From: Candidatus Woesebacteria bacterium
Lineage (GTDB): Bacteria; Patescibacteriota; Microgenomatia; UBA8517
Assembly (NCBI GenBank): GCA_020060565.1
Contig: JAGVAE010000001.1
Location: 130,671-194,670 of the forward strand
DNA: 64,000 bases
Direction: 5' to 3'
Shown: positions 1 through 10,613 of the stretch, in pieces
Position numbering within the stretch: position 1 is the first letter of the stretch
How the letters are laid out: every line of letters begins with the position of its first letter
The notes under the pieces: model-generated
Databases searched by the model: none
What the model saw: only the letters and a program-made list of their open reading frames with translations
What the model was told of the DNA's origin: nothing
Position numbers and translations under genes: made by a program

Positions 1-879
1 ACCCCAGACCAGAAACTCGCTATAGTTGAGGCCTTAAAAAGAAACGGTGAGATTGTTGCCATGATGGGAGATGGTGTTAATGATGCTCCTGCTCTTCATA
101 TGTCAGATATAGGCATTGTTGTAGAAGAAGCAACTGACGTAGCCAAGGAATCGGCGGATCTAATTCTTCTTGATTCGAACTTTTCTACAATTGTGAGTGC
201 TATAGAGGAGGGTAGATCAATGTTTGAGAATATTAGAAAAGTTATTCTATATTTAATGAGCGATGCATTTGCAGAAATACTAGTCGTTATTGGGGGAATA
301 TCACTTGGACTCCCACTTCCTATAACTGCAGTGCTAATATTGTGGATAAATTTAATTTCTGACGGTTTTCCAGGTCTGGCATTAACAATTGATCCAAAAA
401 GAGCAGACATAATGAAAGAGAAACCACGCAAGACCAATGAGCGATTGGTTAATGGCTGGATGGTCAGCTTGATAGGTATCGTGAGTTCAGTGGCAGGTTT
501 TGTTGCCTTAACTTCATTTGTTATTGTTTATAGACTAACTGACGATGTTATTACGGCTCGTTCTATGGCCTTTCTTACTTTAGGACTTAATTCCTTAGCC
601 TATGTATTTTCGGTTAGAATGTTGATGGCTCCATTTTGGAAAAGTAATATTTTTGAAAACAGATGGCTGATTATTGCAGTTGTAGCAGGCTTTGCTTTAC
701 AACTATTACCCTTTACATCTCCATTTATGCGTCAATTTTTTGGACTTAACTATCTCAATATAAATTACTGGATGGTTGCAGTTGGTCTATCAATTTTAAT
801 GTTCTTTGTGATTGAAATCTTTAAGATGGGTTATAGATACATATCTACTTTACACAGGCTTAATGACAACCTAAACTGA
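1..879 (+). CDS. P-type cation-transporting ATPase, C-terminal fragment (5' end of the gene lies outside the window)
   Basis: The translation contains the P-type ATPase hinge motif MGDGVNDAPAL, followed by four to five C-terminal transmembrane helices. The frame is open to the window start. Confidence 0.8.
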   Translation, partial: TPDQKLAIVEALKRNGEIVAMMGDGVNDAPALHMSDIGIVVEEATDVAKESADLILLDSNFSTIVSAIEEGRSMFENIRKVILYLMSDAFAEILVVIGGISLGLPLPITAVLILWINLISDGFPGLALTIDPKRADIMKEKPRKTNERLVNGWMVSLIGIVSSVAGFVALTSFVIVYRLTDDVITARSMAFLTLGLNSLAYVFSVRMLMAPFWKSNIFENRWLIIAVVAGFALQLLPFTSPFMRQFFGLNYLNINYWMVAVGLSILMFFVIEIFKMGYRYISTLHRLNDNLN

Positions 880-883
880 TTGT

Positions 884-2542
884 GTGGACAACATTTTCGT
901 ACAGTTCGCAATAATTCTTTCGATATCATCCTTACTGGGTTTAGTTGCTTTAAAGTTCAAACTTCCCCTGGTTGTTTCATATTTACTTGCTGGAGTGGCT
1001 CTTTCACTTCTGAGTGTATTTGATACGAGCGGATCATTGGTTCTTCATATATTACCCGAGATTGGAATTGCCTTTGTACTCTTTCTTATAGGAATGGAAC
1101 TTGATTTACGCGAAATAAAATCCTTAGGTGTTCCTATTGTTTCTGCAGCCTTGATACAAATTTTGATTACAACATTTGTTGGATTTTTTGTAACTAGTGC
1201 ATTAGGCTTTGGAATTAAAGAAGGAATTTTGCTGAGTTTAGGTTTAGCTTTTTCATCAACTGTGGTTGTTGTAAAGATTCTTACCGAAAGACAGGATTCA
1301 TCTTCTTTATATGGCAAGCTCGCTATTGGAATTCTTTTAGTCGAAGATTTGGTGGCAGTTGCGGTGCTTATGGCTATTTCAGTAGGATCATCGGCGTTTA
1401 ATGTAGGGTTGCAGGAAAATCTTCCGATGTTAACTTTGGTCCTAAAAGGAGTTGGCCTTTTTGTTCTAGCTTTTGTTCTTTCAAAATATGCGTTAAAAAA
1501 GATTTTTGATATTGTTGCTAAATCTACCGAGCTTCTATTCTTTACATCCATTACGTGGTGCTTTGTTTTTACGTCATTATCAGTTCTTGCTGGCTTTTCG
1601 ATTGAAATTGGAGCATTTCTAGCAGGAATAGCACTTGCTTCTTCTCCTTATCATTTTCAAATACAGGGAAAAATCAAACCCTTACGAGATTTTTTTATAA
1701 CTTTGTTTTTCATCTATTTAGGATCTCAAATAAAAGTTCAGTATCTTTATCAAGGTCTTCCGATAATTCTGATATTTACAGCACTTGCACTTGTCCTTAA
1801 ACCAATTGTCTATATGTTTGTCATGGGATTATTTGGATTTAAAAAACACACAATTTTTCAAACAGCAATCAGTCTATCTCAAATCTCAGAATTTTCCTTA
1901 ATAGTTCTCGTTGTGGGTGCAAATTTTGCTGGTGTAAGTGTTGCCACAATTTCAATCATGGCTGCAGTTGCTGTAGTTTCTATAATAGCTTCTTCAATTT
2001 TAATTTCCAATAGTAGGAAAATATATAGTTTTTTACTTCCAATAATGCATATATTTGAAAGAAAAGGAGAGAAACATTTTCTTGATACGCAGCCAGTGGG
2101 GGAGATGGAGGGGCATGTGATTATTATTGGGGCACATAGAGTTGGGGGCCCTTTAGCAGAGTATTTAAAACGTGAAGGTGTTCCATTCTTAATTATGGAT
2201 TTTAATCCACATTTGGTTAATAAATTAAGGGATGAAGGGATGAATGTGATATATGGAGATATTGGTGACCCTGAGGTTTTAGATAGTCTTCAAATCGAAA
2301 AAACAAAGCTTATTATATCAACCGCACCAAGTTTGGGTGATAATGAAATACTTCTCTCGGAATGTAAACGCAGAAAAACAGATGCAATCATAATAGTCAG
2401 GGCAGAGGATAGGGTCCATGGAGAAGCACTAAAAACCTTAGGAGCGGATTACATAATGTCTCCAGAGCGTGTAACGGGTTCATATCTTGTTAAACAAATA
2501 AAAGACCATTGGCCGAAAGTCAGTTTCCCTGGTCTTGATTAA
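884..2542 (+). CDS. CPA2-family cation:proton antiporter with a C-terminal RCK/TrkA-N domain (KefB/KefC-like)
   Basis: There is a multi-TM Na+/H+ exchanger-like N-terminal domain. The C-terminus (HVIIIGAHRVGGPLAEYLKREGVPFLIMDFNP...IYGDIGDPEVL) is a Rossmann-type TrkA-N fold. Confidence 0.75.
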   Translation: MDNIFVQFAIILSISSLLGLVALKFKLPLVVSYLLAGVALSLLSVFDTSGSLVLHILPEIGIAFVLFLIGMELDLREIKSLGVPIVSAALIQILITTFVGFFVTSALGFGIKEGILLSLGLAFSSTVVVVKILTERQDSSSLYGKLAIGILLVEDLVAVAVLMAISVGSSAFNVGLQENLPMLTLVLKGVGLFVLAFVLSKYALKKIFDIVAKSTELLFFTSITWCFVFTSLSVLAGFSIEIGAFLAGIALASSPYHFQIQGKIKPLRDFFITLFFIYLGSQIKVQYLYQGLPIILIFTALALVLKPIVYMFVMGLFGFKKHTIFQTAISLSQISEFSLIVLVVGANFAGVSVATISIMAAVAVVSIIASSILISNSRKIYSFLLPIMHIFERKGEKHFLDTQPVGEMEGHVIIIGAHRVGGPLAEYLKREGVPFLIMDFNPHLVNKLRDEGMNVIYGDIGDPEVLDSLQIEKTKLIISTAPSLGDNEILLSECKRRKTDAIIIVRAEDRVHGEALKTLGADYIMSPERVTGSYLVKQIKDHWPKVSFPGLD

Positions 2543-2547
2543 ATAAA

Positions 2548-3453
2548 ATGCGCTCTGCTCAAAGAAAAGCTAGAATCGAAAACGGAAAGAAAAAGGTTCA
2601 TATATATGGACTTCTGATTAAAGTATTCATCCCGTTAGTTATTTTTTTGTCTATTATTCTTTATTTGAATTTAAGTACCAAATATTGGAATGATCACGAT
2701 AAATTTTCGTTTGCTTTTCAAAATTCAGAAGGGAAAGTTGGGGTGGTGGTATTGGACCCTGCATTAAACGAACAGACAACTTTAATTATTCCTGGAGACA
2801 CCGAAGTAATAGTTGCTAGAAGTTATGGAACCTTAAGAATAAAAAACATTTGGCAATTGGGTGTTAATGAAAAATTAGGTGGTGGACTTCTTGCCCAAAC
2901 AGTTACGCAAAGCTTTCTTTTTCCAACAAATTTGTGGAGCGATTGTGATATGAGTGATGTTTGGAAATTTATATTTGCCTCCAAGCAAACGAATATCCCA
3001 TTCGGTGACAGGCTTGCCGCAGGAATCTTTGTATTGAGAATTAATGCAATAGATAAAACCGAAATTGATTTAGGTGTAAGTCAGTTTTTGCGAAAACAAA
3101 CCTTAACAGATGGTAAACCTGGTTATGTTACAGCAGGGAATATTAGTGGACGCTTGACTATTTATTTTGCAGACAATAATTTTGCAAATAAGAACATAAA
3201 ATTTGTACTGGTCGATGCGACAGGGAGTCATATTGTAGCATCAAAAGTAGGGCAAATATTGGAAGTAATGGGTGGTAAAGTTGTTGAAGTAGACAAAAGA
3301 GCGGAGGAAACATCTTTTGACTGCGAAGTATCAGGTAACAATCCTGATGTTGTAAAGAAAGTAGCAGTTCTCTTTTCCTGTAAAAAGATTCCAGACAAAA
3401 GTAATTTTGATCTGGAGATGAGGCTGGGAACTAAATTTGCAAAGAGGTTCTAA
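2548..3453 (+). CDS. Membrane-anchored hypothetical protein, possibly LytR-CpsA-Psr (LCP)-like
   Basis: It has a single N-terminal TM helix. The segment VGVVVLDPALNEQTTLIIPGDTEVIV...GGGLLAQTVTQSFLFP loosely matches the LCP core pattern. The similarity is weak and judged by eye. Confidence 0.3.
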   Translation: MRSAQRKARIENGKKKVHIYGLLIKVFIPLVIFLSIILYLNLSTKYWNDHDKFSFAFQNSEGKVGVVVLDPALNEQTTLIIPGDTEVIVARSYGTLRIKNIWQLGVNEKLGGGLLAQTVTQSFLFPTNLWSDCDMSDVWKFIFASKQTNIPFGDRLAAGIFVLRINAIDKTEIDLGVSQFLRKQTLTDGKPGYVTAGNISGRLTIYFADNNFANKNIKFVLVDATGSHIVASKVGQILEVMGGKVVEVDKRAEETSFDCEVSGNNPDVVKKVAVLFSCKKIPDKSNFDLEMRLGTKFAKRF

Positions 3454-3454
3454 T

Positions 3455-4138
3455 TTATTCAGGGACCTCTTCTGTATTTGACATTTCAGGAGTGTCCCTA
3501 TGTACCAGCTCAGGGGGGGTAAAACTGACATAGTCCATCTTTTCTGGGGGGAATGATGCTATTCCAGTTTTATTCTCCAATTCACGAATTAGTACCGTAA
3601 CGTCTTTTGGATCTATTGATTTAACAAGGGTTTGATACTTGTTACCTTTCTTAAGCATATTTCTAAGTCTTGCGGCAATGTCATCTGGAAGTCTTCCAAT
3701 ATATCTACCCGAATTGTCAATTACAGAGACTTTGTGTGCAAAAGCTGTCAGTTTTACTTCATCTCCAGAATCTAAGTTTGCAAAAACGTTTTCATCCCCA
3801 GTGTTAACCAGTGTGACCATTTTTGTTTTACCAGATTCTTCTATAAAGACTTCACCTGATGGAGTAGGGGAAGTGTTTAATCCACTTGGTTTACAAGTTT
3901 TCCATTTAAGTATGCATTTTTGAGCAATGGTGTTATCGGGGTTGATTTTAAGGACTTTTTGAGTTGTGGTTATCGCTTTATCTATCTCACCTATTTCAGA
4001 ATAACAGCGAGCCAGTCTGTTTAGAGCATCTGTGTCCTCAGGGGTTATTGAAATAATTTCAAGATTGATTTTAAGAGCTTCTTGCCAGTTTCCTGCAAGA
4101 GCTAGGCTGATGGCTTTTTGGGCAAGTGTTATATCCAT
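3455..4138 (-). CDS. TPR repeat-containing protein
   Basis: The N-terminus carries 2-3 TPR-like repeats (AISLALAGNWQEALKINLEII..ALNRLARCYSEIGEIDKAI..KVLKINPDN). The C-terminal domain is unassigned. Confidence 0.5.
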   Translation of the reverse strand: MDITLAQKAISLALAGNWQEALKINLEIISITPEDTDALNRLARCYSEIGEIDKAITTTQKVLKINPDNTIAQKCILKWKTCKPSGLNTSPTPSGEVFIEESGKTKMVTLVNTGDENVFANLDSGDEVKLTAFAHKVSVIDNSGRYIGRLPDDIAARLRNMLKKGNKYQTLVKSIDPKDVTVLIRELENKTGIASFPPEKMDYVSFTPPELVHRDTPEMSNTEEVPE

Positions 4139-4221
4139 TATCTTTTGACTAGTATGAGTATAAGGGGGTGAACGGCATTGTCAAGGATATTTTTTGAAAG
4201 TATAATACCACTTAGAAGAAA

Positions 4222-4956
4222 ATGAGCGGACATTCCCATTTTGCCACAATAAAAAGACAAAAAGCAGTCAATGACGCCGCCAAAGGTAACCTCTTTAGTA
4301 AACTTGCCAGAGCTATCATGGTTGCAGCCAAAGGTGGAGCTGATCCAGATATGAATTTTAAACTAAGAGTTGAGATCGACAAAGCAAGAGCGGCTAGTAT
4401 GCCCAAAGAAAATATTGATAGGGCAATTGCCAAAGCTACCACTGAGGCGGCTAATTTAATTGAAATTGTGTATGAAGGATTTGGACCTGGTGGAATTGGT
4501 GTAATTATCAATGTAACAACTGATAATAAAAATAGATCCGCACAAGAGATTAAAAATCTTTTTGAGAGGGCAGGGGGGAGTATGGCAGGACCCGGAGCTG
4601 TTTCATTTAATTTCGAGAGCAAAGGATACATCCTGGTTAAGAAATCAGAAGATTCCGAAACCCAGATGCTTACGATGATAGATCTTGGAGTAGAGGATGT
4701 TTCTGATACCAATGATGGAATCGAGGTATATGTTGCTCCAGAAAAACTTAATGAGCAAAGGAAAAAATTTGAAGAATCTGGTTTTGAGATTATTGAAACA
4801 GAACTTGTAATGAAACCAAAAAACTTTCAGACAATAACAGACGCCGCAGTTGCTACTAAGGCCATTACATTTTTAGAAACAGTTGAGGAACAAGATGATG
4901 TTGCAAAAGTGTTCTCCAATCTCGATATTCCAGATAGTGTAATGCAAAATCTATGA
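4222..4956 (+). CDS. YebC/PmpR family DNA-binding transcriptional regulator
   Basis: The N-terminus MSGHSHFATIKRQKAVNDAAKGNLFSKLARAI and the overall length are typical of the YebC (DUF28) family. Confidence 0.85.
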   Translation: MSGHSHFATIKRQKAVNDAAKGNLFSKLARAIMVAAKGGADPDMNFKLRVEIDKARAASMPKENIDRAIAKATTEAANLIEIVYEGFGPGGIGVIINVTTDNKNRSAQEIKNLFERAGGSMAGPGAVSFNFESKGYILVKKSEDSETQMLTMIDLGVEDVSDTNDGIEVYVAPEKLNEQRKKFEESGFEIIETELVMKPKNFQTITDAAVATKAITFLETVEEQDDVAKVFSNLDIPDSVMQNL

Positions 4957-5723
4957 GTAAACGTCGCCGTTTTGTTATCAGTTCAATTATCCTATCTTTG
5001 GGTTTTGTGGCAATTCAATTTTTAACAGATCAAAACCGTTTTTGGGCAATAGGAATATTAGGGCTTGCTACCATAGGTTTTTTTGTTTGGTCTCTCTTTG
5101 ACAGTTTAGGTAAAAATATGACTCTTTTGATACTTATTCTTCCGACCATTTTTACACTTGGGGTGGGGACTTTTTGGTTTCTTCTCCCATCCAATATTTT
5201 TGCTAGAATTCCAATAGTTATTTTCTATGGAATTGGAATATATGTTCTTTGTTTAACGATGAATATCTTTACCGTTTCTGCAATAAGAACGATTGCTCTT
5301 CTAAGAGCAGCAAGGGGAGTGGGATTTGTACTCAGTTTAGTTACATCGTTCCTTGTCTTTGACGCAATATTGTCACTAAAAACTCAGATTTTTGTATTAT
5401 TACCTTTGGTTTTTGCTGTTTCCTTTCCATTGTTTCTTCAAGGGTTTTGGTCAGTAATTCTTGAAAAAGAGTATTCAAAAGACATATTTATTATGTCGAT
5501 AGTTACAGCATTAATAATGGCAGAGACGGCGGCGGCTCTTTTTTTCTGGCCAGTTACAGTTGTGGTTGGATCACTTTTTCTTACAGTCACTTTCTATGTT
5601 TTACTTGGACTAGGACAAAGTAAAATCGAAGGTAGGTTGTTTTTTACAACCATTAGGGAACACCTAGTTGTGGGTGTGGTAGTTTTTATTGCAATGTTTT
5701 TTGCTACACACTGGGGTGCATAG
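4953..5723 (+). CDS. Integral membrane protein, function unknown
   Basis: There are 7-8 predicted hydrophobic helices. The start overlaps the upstream stop by 4 nt. Confidence 0.4.
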   Translation: MSKRRRFVISSIILSLGFVAIQFLTDQNRFWAIGILGLATIGFFVWSLFDSLGKNMTLLILILPTIFTLGVGTFWFLLPSNIFARIPIVIFYGIGIYVLCLTMNIFTVSAIRTIALLRAARGVGFVLSLVTSFLVFDAILSLKTQIFVLLPLVFAVSFPLFLQGFWSVILEKEYSKDIFIMSIVTALIMAETAAALFFWPVTVVVGSLFLTVTFYVLLGLGQSKIEGRLFFTTIREHLVVGVVVFIAMFFATHWGA

Positions 5724-6601
5724 CGCTTCGCTTCAATTAAAAATTTAAAATTATAAATTTAAACTTACAGACGCAGTCTGGGCGACAGGGGAGAGGGGGT
5801 TGATATACCCTATAATTATAGGATAAATAGTGTATTCAGTAGCTCTGTTTTCACGAATATTATAGGCATTTTTCACGAAATGCGACGCATGTACGTGCTA
5901 GAATAAAACCCGAACGACCCACTACTGGAGAATTGATATACATTGATATAGTTATTAGCCTCAAAGATTTACATTTCTCTGTTTTATCAAGCTTAATGTG
6001 GATAAGTAATCAAGACCATGAACATTACATTGATATCTCCCGTATACCAAGACGTTTAGAACGCGTCTAAAGGGTTTTAATGATGGGTATATATGGAGAA
6101 GTGTACAAAACAATTGTCCTGTTAGTTTGTGTAGATTACTATTCTCCCAAGAGGGACTGATGTGTATTACTAGATAGATGTGTTCTTAGGGAAGCTATTC
6201 ATACAGTGTCGCACAATAATACTTTTGCGACGTATACCAAAACTGATGGAGAGTAGAGCGTATTTTGTGTTTGCTAATACATTTGCTTATTTGCTTATTA
6301 ACTTATTTGCTTATTAGTATTAAATATATCCTCTTTTTAGTTTGGCTGTCCATTAGTCCTTCCGAAGTTTAACCGAATGAAAATTATTCCATTTATACCC
6401 CTCCCCCACTTTTAGGTATTTCTTTACCCCGTTAGATTTTTTGAAGAAAAATACTAATGGGGCCATGTTTTCGACCAAACTAAGGTGATATGTAGGTCAT
6501 CTTTTTAAAATAAACGCGTTAAAATCGATTTGGTGAGGCCGTAGTCTGAGCCTAGGCACAAATGATTGGCTAATTTCGGTTTCTTGATGTAGAATGCTGA
6601 C

Positions 6602-7219
6602 ATGTCAAAAGAACTTCAAGAAAATTTTAGTCAACTTCTTTTACCTGATTTTGTAGTTGGTCCTGGAGAAATTTCAGAAAGTATTTGGACAGAGTTTGCT
6701 CAGACCCATGAAGTAAAAATTTCAGTTCATCCAATCATTCACAGAAGTCGACGTGGAATCAGACCTGGTAGAAAAACGTATCTTATTAGCAATGACCACA
6801 TGTTCATGAAAGAAAACGTCTGGAATATTTTTGTTGAGAAAAATCAAATCTATAAATTATCTATTCATGAGTATAAAAAACTTGATAAACATGGGGCAAG
6901 ACCATTTTGGGCTAAAACATTTTTTGAACGTAAAATGTCTGACAAGGGCAAATACAAGATATTGGAGTCTGGCCAAACTGAGCATGGTCGTTTTTGGTCG
7001 GTTGAACAAGAATCAATAGATCCCAAGGAACCAGAAGCTAAAGTTCTTAGGTACAAAAATATGGGCGGTAATTGTCGACGCGTCATTGTTGTCTATCCTA
7101 GTACAAGTGGAAATTTTAATGTTCGCAAGGAAGATTGGATTTCTAAGGGCGTTTGGAGCGTTATATCAGATGGCCAATTATCTAAGAACGAGGTTGGTAA
7201 GCTGTTTATTAATAGTTAG
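6602..7219 (+). CDS. Hypothetical protein (possible cargo gene next to the recombinase)
   Basis: The ORF is 205 aa and no family was recognised. Its codon composition looks slightly GC-richer than its neighbours. It follows an 877-bp ORF-free region. Confidence 0.35.
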   Translation: MSKELQENFSQLLLPDFVVGPGEISESIWTEFAQTHEVKISVHPIIHRSRRGIRPGRKTYLISNDHMFMKENVWNIFVEKNQIYKLSIHEYKKLDKHGARPFWAKTFFERKMSDKGKYKILESGQTEHGRFWSVEQESIDPKEPEAKVLRYKNMGGNCRRVIVVYPSTSGNFNVRKEDWISKGVWSVISDGQLSKNEVGKLFINS

Positions 7220-7272
7220 TCGCACAATGTCATTGACACCTCGACTCTATCCGGTGTAAACTTTATTTATAG

Positions 7273-8229
7273 ATGCCCGATCCTGGCCCGATCAATCAGA
7301 GTGAGATAGCAAGAAAAGTTAAAGACTTCTTGGAATACCTTCAAGTAGAGCGTGGCTCCTCTCCCCTAACGATTAGAAACTATAAACATTATTTAAGTAG
7401 ATTTATGTTATGGATGGAGTCGCAAGGAATCCGAGAAAACTTAACTGATATTAACCAAGATATGGTTAGAAGTTTCAGGGTTTTCCTCTCAAATCTGCCG
7501 GATGGACAAGGTTCAACTTTAGCAAGGCGGACTCAAGGCTATCACGTTATCGCACTTCGGAGTTTTCTTAAATGGTTAATAAAGAACGATTTTAATGTAA
7601 TGGCTCCGGACAAAATTGATTTACCGAAAGTTGAAGAGAGAAAAATTGAATTTTTGACTGGTGAACAAGTTGATAGAATGCTTAATGCACCGTCTCAAGA
7701 TTCAATTCAGGGCAAACGTGATAAGGCAATTTTGGAAGTACTTTTTTCTACAGGGCTTCGTGTTTCAGAATTAACAAAATTGGATCGTGATAAAGTAAAT
7801 CTTGATACAAAAGAATTTGGGATAGTTGGAAAAGGGGGAAAAGCCCGTGTTGTTTTTTTATCAAACAGGGCTACCGATTGGCTTATTAAATATTTAAATG
7901 AAAGAACCGATCACTTCAATCCCTTGTTTATACACCACAAAGGTAAAATGGATCCAACTACCCCCGATGAATATATGAGACTTACTCCCCGTTCAGTCCA
8001 GCGGATGATTAAAAAGTATTCACATAAAATGAAAATGCCAATGGAAGTTACGCCTCATAAACTCCGTCACAGTTTTGCTACGGATTTACTTAATGCTGGT
8101 GCTGATATAAGGAGTGTTCAAGAGATGTTGGGACACAAAAATATTTCAACTACTCAGATTTATACACATGTAACAAACAAACAATTAAAAGATATACATG
8201 CAGCGTTTCATGGGAAAGGTGGAAATTAG
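7273..8229 (+). CDS. Tyrosine site-specific recombinase (XerC/XerD-type integrase)
   Basis: There is an N-terminal SAM-like core-binding domain. The C-terminal catalytic motifs are R...HKLRHSFAT...[15 protein letters not shown], with the catalytic Tyr. Confidence 0.8.
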   Translation: MPDPGPINQSEIARKVKDFLEYLQVERGSSPLTIRNYKHYLSRFMLWMESQGIRENLTDINQDMVRSFRVFLSNLPDGQGSTLARRTQGYHVIALRSFLKWLIKNDFNVMAPDKIDLPKVEERKIEFLTGEQVDRMLNAPSQDSIQGKRDKAILEVLFSTGLRVSELTKLDRDKVNLDTKEFGIVGKGGKARVVFLSNRATDWLIKYLNERTDHFNPLFIHHKGKMDPTTPDEYMRLTPRSVQRMIKKYSHKMKMPMEVTPHKLRHSFATDLLNAGADIRSVQEMLGHKNISTTQIYTHVTNKQLKDIHAAFHGKGGN

Positions 8230-8240
8230 AAATTAAGAAG

Positions 8241-8648
8241 TTACTCAGAAGTTACCCCATCAAATTCTTCATGCCCTTCGTCTGCTTCGGCATCAGCTTT
8301 TGTAGGGTGAACTACATCAAGTCTGTGATGTGCAGGAGAGTATATAGTATAGAGTTTTAACTCCTTAGTCGTAGAGGTATTAACAATATTATGCTCACTT
8401 CCTGCGGGAATTACTACACAAAAACCTGAAGAAAATTGTTGTTCATTTCCATCAATTATCGCCTTACCCTCGCCCTCTTCTACCCTAAAAAATTGATCAT
8501 TATCAGGATGGGTTTCCACCCCTATTTCTTCTTTCGGCTTAAGACTCATGAGAACCAGTTGGGAATGGTGTGCGGTATATAAAACCTTCCTGAAGTTGGT
8601 ATTTTCCTCTGTTAATTTTTCAATGTTTTGTACAAATCCCTTTGCCAT
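8241..8648 (-). CDS. Cupin domain protein
   Basis: The short beta-barrel motif GFCVVIPAGSEHNIVNTS and the size are consistent with cupin_2. Confidence 0.55.
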   Translation of the reverse strand: MAKGFVQNIEKLTEENTNFRKVLYTAHHSQLVLMSLKPKEEIGVETHPDNDQFFRVEEGEGKAIIDGNEQQFSSGFCVVIPAGSEHNIVNTSTTKELKLYTIYSPAHHRLDVVHPTKADAEADEGHEEFDGVTSE

Positions 8649-8653
8649 AATTA

Positions 8654-9247
8654 TTAGTTACACTTTAATGCAGTCAAGCATTGTGTTTTGTCATCTCCTG
8701 TTAAGTTGTTGCAATATGCACACTGAGATGAGGAAGAAGAACTGTCAGAAGGAATATCTTCCGAAGGAATGTCAAATGAGTTAAAGGTTATATCATTGGG
8801 AAGACTAAATATATTGGAACTTACTACTCCGGGACTACATTTGTAATCCATGTTGGTCTCGGTATCAAAACTTCCGTTTGGTCCTGCATTGGGATCACCT
8901 GCCGCCGGAGGTGAAGTGGCATTTGGATCAAAAGCCATTTTAATTCCGGTTTTCCCGCCTTCTTCCCAACTGTAAAAGGTATTGTCTATAACTATTACAT
9001 GGGATTTCATTGTTTTATCATCTACAACAACTTCGAAATCCTGTCTCATCTTTTTGCCGTCTATATAGACGGTTCCTTTAGATTTCTCAGTTGTAAAAGT
9101 ACAGGTTTGAGCGGAACCTTTGGTCAATAAATCCTTAAGACTGGTTGCAGTTGAGGGAGAAGAAGAACTTTTGGAAGACATAAAATACCATCCACCCAAA
9201 AGTAAAAGAAGTGCTATAACCACAATCGGCAATATTTTTTTGTTCAC
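8654..9247 (-). CDS. Secreted or membrane-anchored hypothetical protein with a Cys-rich C-terminus
   Basis: There is an N-terminal hydrophobic signal or anchor. The C-terminus contains the Cys cluster SSQCAYCNN...CLTALKCN. Confidence 0.4.
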   Translation of the reverse strand: MNKKILPIVVIALLLLLGGWYFMSSKSSSSPSTATSLKDLLTKGSAQTCTFTTEKSKGTVYIDGKKMRQDFEVVVDDKTMKSHVIVIDNTFYSWEEGGKTGIKMAFDPNATSPPAAGDPNAGPNGSFDTETNMDYKCSPGVVSSNIFSLPNDITFNSFDIPSEDIPSDSSSSSSQCAYCNNLTGDDKTQCLTALKCN

Positions 9248-9314
9248 TAAAATAATTATATGCCACTAAAAATCAATTATCAACCCGTTGTAAAGCAAAT
9301 GATATAATTCACTC

Positions 9315-10121
9315 ATGGAAATCAAGAAACTTTTAGCAATGTACAATATTGCTCCAGACTGCCTAAAGGATCAGTTTTTTCTGAATGATGAAAATATTGC
9401 AAAAAAGATTGCAGATTTGGCTGATATAAAAAGAAATGATGTGGTTTTGGAAGTTGGAGCGGGGACGGGAATATTAACCAAGGAGCTATCAAAAAAGGCA
9501 AAAAAAGTTATAGCATTTGAGATAGATAACCGTTTTAAATCAATCTTGAATGACTTACCCAAAAATGTAGATATCAGATACGAGAATGCATGGGAATATA
9601 TACAACTTCATGGAAAAAATTGGAAAAAGAAAGAATACAACAAAATTGTTTCTAACCTCCCCTATTCTTTTGTAGAGCAATTTCTACATAACCTTACATT
9701 TTTAAAATTTGATAAAGTAATTCTCTTAGTTCCTCTAAGATTTGTAAAGAAAGTAACGGAAAACCCAATTTTTGGGTCATTCTTTAAATACAAACTTCAT
9801 TTTGAAGTAGACAAAGAGAAGTTTTTTCCAGTTCCCAGAACAAACTCGGGAGTTATAGAACTATTTCATCTACCTAGCGCAATAGAGACAAAAAACATGG
9901 GACTATACCTTAGGCAGTTTATGTATCAACACGAAGATCAGAAAGTAAAAAATTCCCTAATGGAAGGAATTATAAAATTCGAAAAAGAAGTGAATGGCAA
10001 AAAAGCAACAAAGAACCAAGCAAGGAAAATCGTAAAAGAGACGGATATCGAAGAAAAATATTTAGAGGACACCCCTGGGACAAAAGAGTTATATGAGGAA
10101 GTTGGGGAAAGGTTTATTTGA
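9315..10121 (+). CDS. rsmA: 16S rRNA (adenine1518/1519-N6)-dimethyltransferase KsgA/RsmA
   Basis: The SAM-binding motif VLEVGAGTGILT, the NLPY motif (SNLPYS) and the N-terminal QFFLND segment match the KsgA/Dim1 family. Confidence 0.65.
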   Translation: MEIKKLLAMYNIAPDCLKDQFFLNDENIAKKIADLADIKRNDVVLEVGAGTGILTKELSKKAKKVIAFEIDNRFKSILNDLPKNVDIRYENAWEYIQLHGKNWKKKEYNKIVSNLPYSFVEQFLHNLTFLKFDKVILLVPLRFVKKVTENPIFGSFFKYKLHFEVDKEKFFPVPRTNSGVIELFHLPSAIETKNMGLYLRQFMYQHEDQKVKNSLMEGIIKFEKEVNGKKATKNQARKIVKETDIEEKYLEDTPGTKELYEEVGERFI

Positions 10122-10125
10122 TGGT

Positions 10126-10593
10126 TTATTTTACTATCTTGTGGGTTATTTTCTTGAAAAATCTATCCATCTGTTTTGCTCTCAAATTCCCTCTTAATTT
10201 ACTTGCCAAATACTTGGCATGGTTTGCATTATTTGATTCAAGTAAAGGGAGGGCTGGTTCTCCAATTTTTAATATAATCTCGGTAACGATTCCAGAAGAG
10301 GTTTTTCCATCTACTAAATTTTCTTGCACCCCAAGTAAAGCCCCAATTCTATCCCCCTTTCTAATCATGTTAAAATCCGAACCGATTTTTACAAGTTCAT
10401 TAATAATTGTAGGAAGATCCTCTCTTTTATTATGAGCCCACCAAAGTATTCCATCTCTGGCTTGTATGGCTTTAGATATTGTTTCTCCATCAGCTTTTAT
10501 GGGTTTTTTGTCTAAATCTTTAATCACAGTGAGATCGCTGATCATTGAATATAGACTCGGAATTTTCTTAGGGGTCTCACTGCTAATTTCCAT
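10126..10593 (-). CDS. Hypothetical protein
   Basis: The 155-aa ORF has balanced composition. The overlapping + strand ORF is low-complexity and was rejected. Confidence 0.35.
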   Translation of the reverse strand: MEISSETPKKIPSLYSMISDLTVIKDLDKKPIKADGETISKAIQARDGILWWAHNKREDLPTIINELVKIGSDFNMIRKGDRIGALLGVQENLVDGKTSSGIVTEIILKIGEPALPLLESNNANHAKYLASKLRGNLRAKQMDRFFKKITHKIVK

Positions 10594-10613
10594 CTGCGAC
10601 TATTGTAGCACTT

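Noticed and set aside
6285-6320. TTGCTTATT short direct repeats, considered as a CRISPR-like array
   Set aside because: There are only 9-nt units with 1-3 nt spacers. It is a simple low-complexity repeat with no repeat-spacer architecture.
5724-6600. tRNA, tmRNA or RNase P RNA in the long ORF-free spacer
   Set aside because: No GGTTCGAATCC-type T-loop, CCA-proximal acceptor pairing, or RNase P P4 consensus could be found by eye. It is left as an open candidate rather than a feature.
6831-7086. Nested small ORFs on both strands inside the 205-aa hypothetical gene
   Set aside because: They lie within a longer ORF in another frame and have no independent support.
10118-10435. A 105-aa + strand ORF overlapping the 155-aa - strand gene
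   Set aside because: The translation is low-complexity and hydrophobic. It is antisense to a better-looking ORF and has no motif support.
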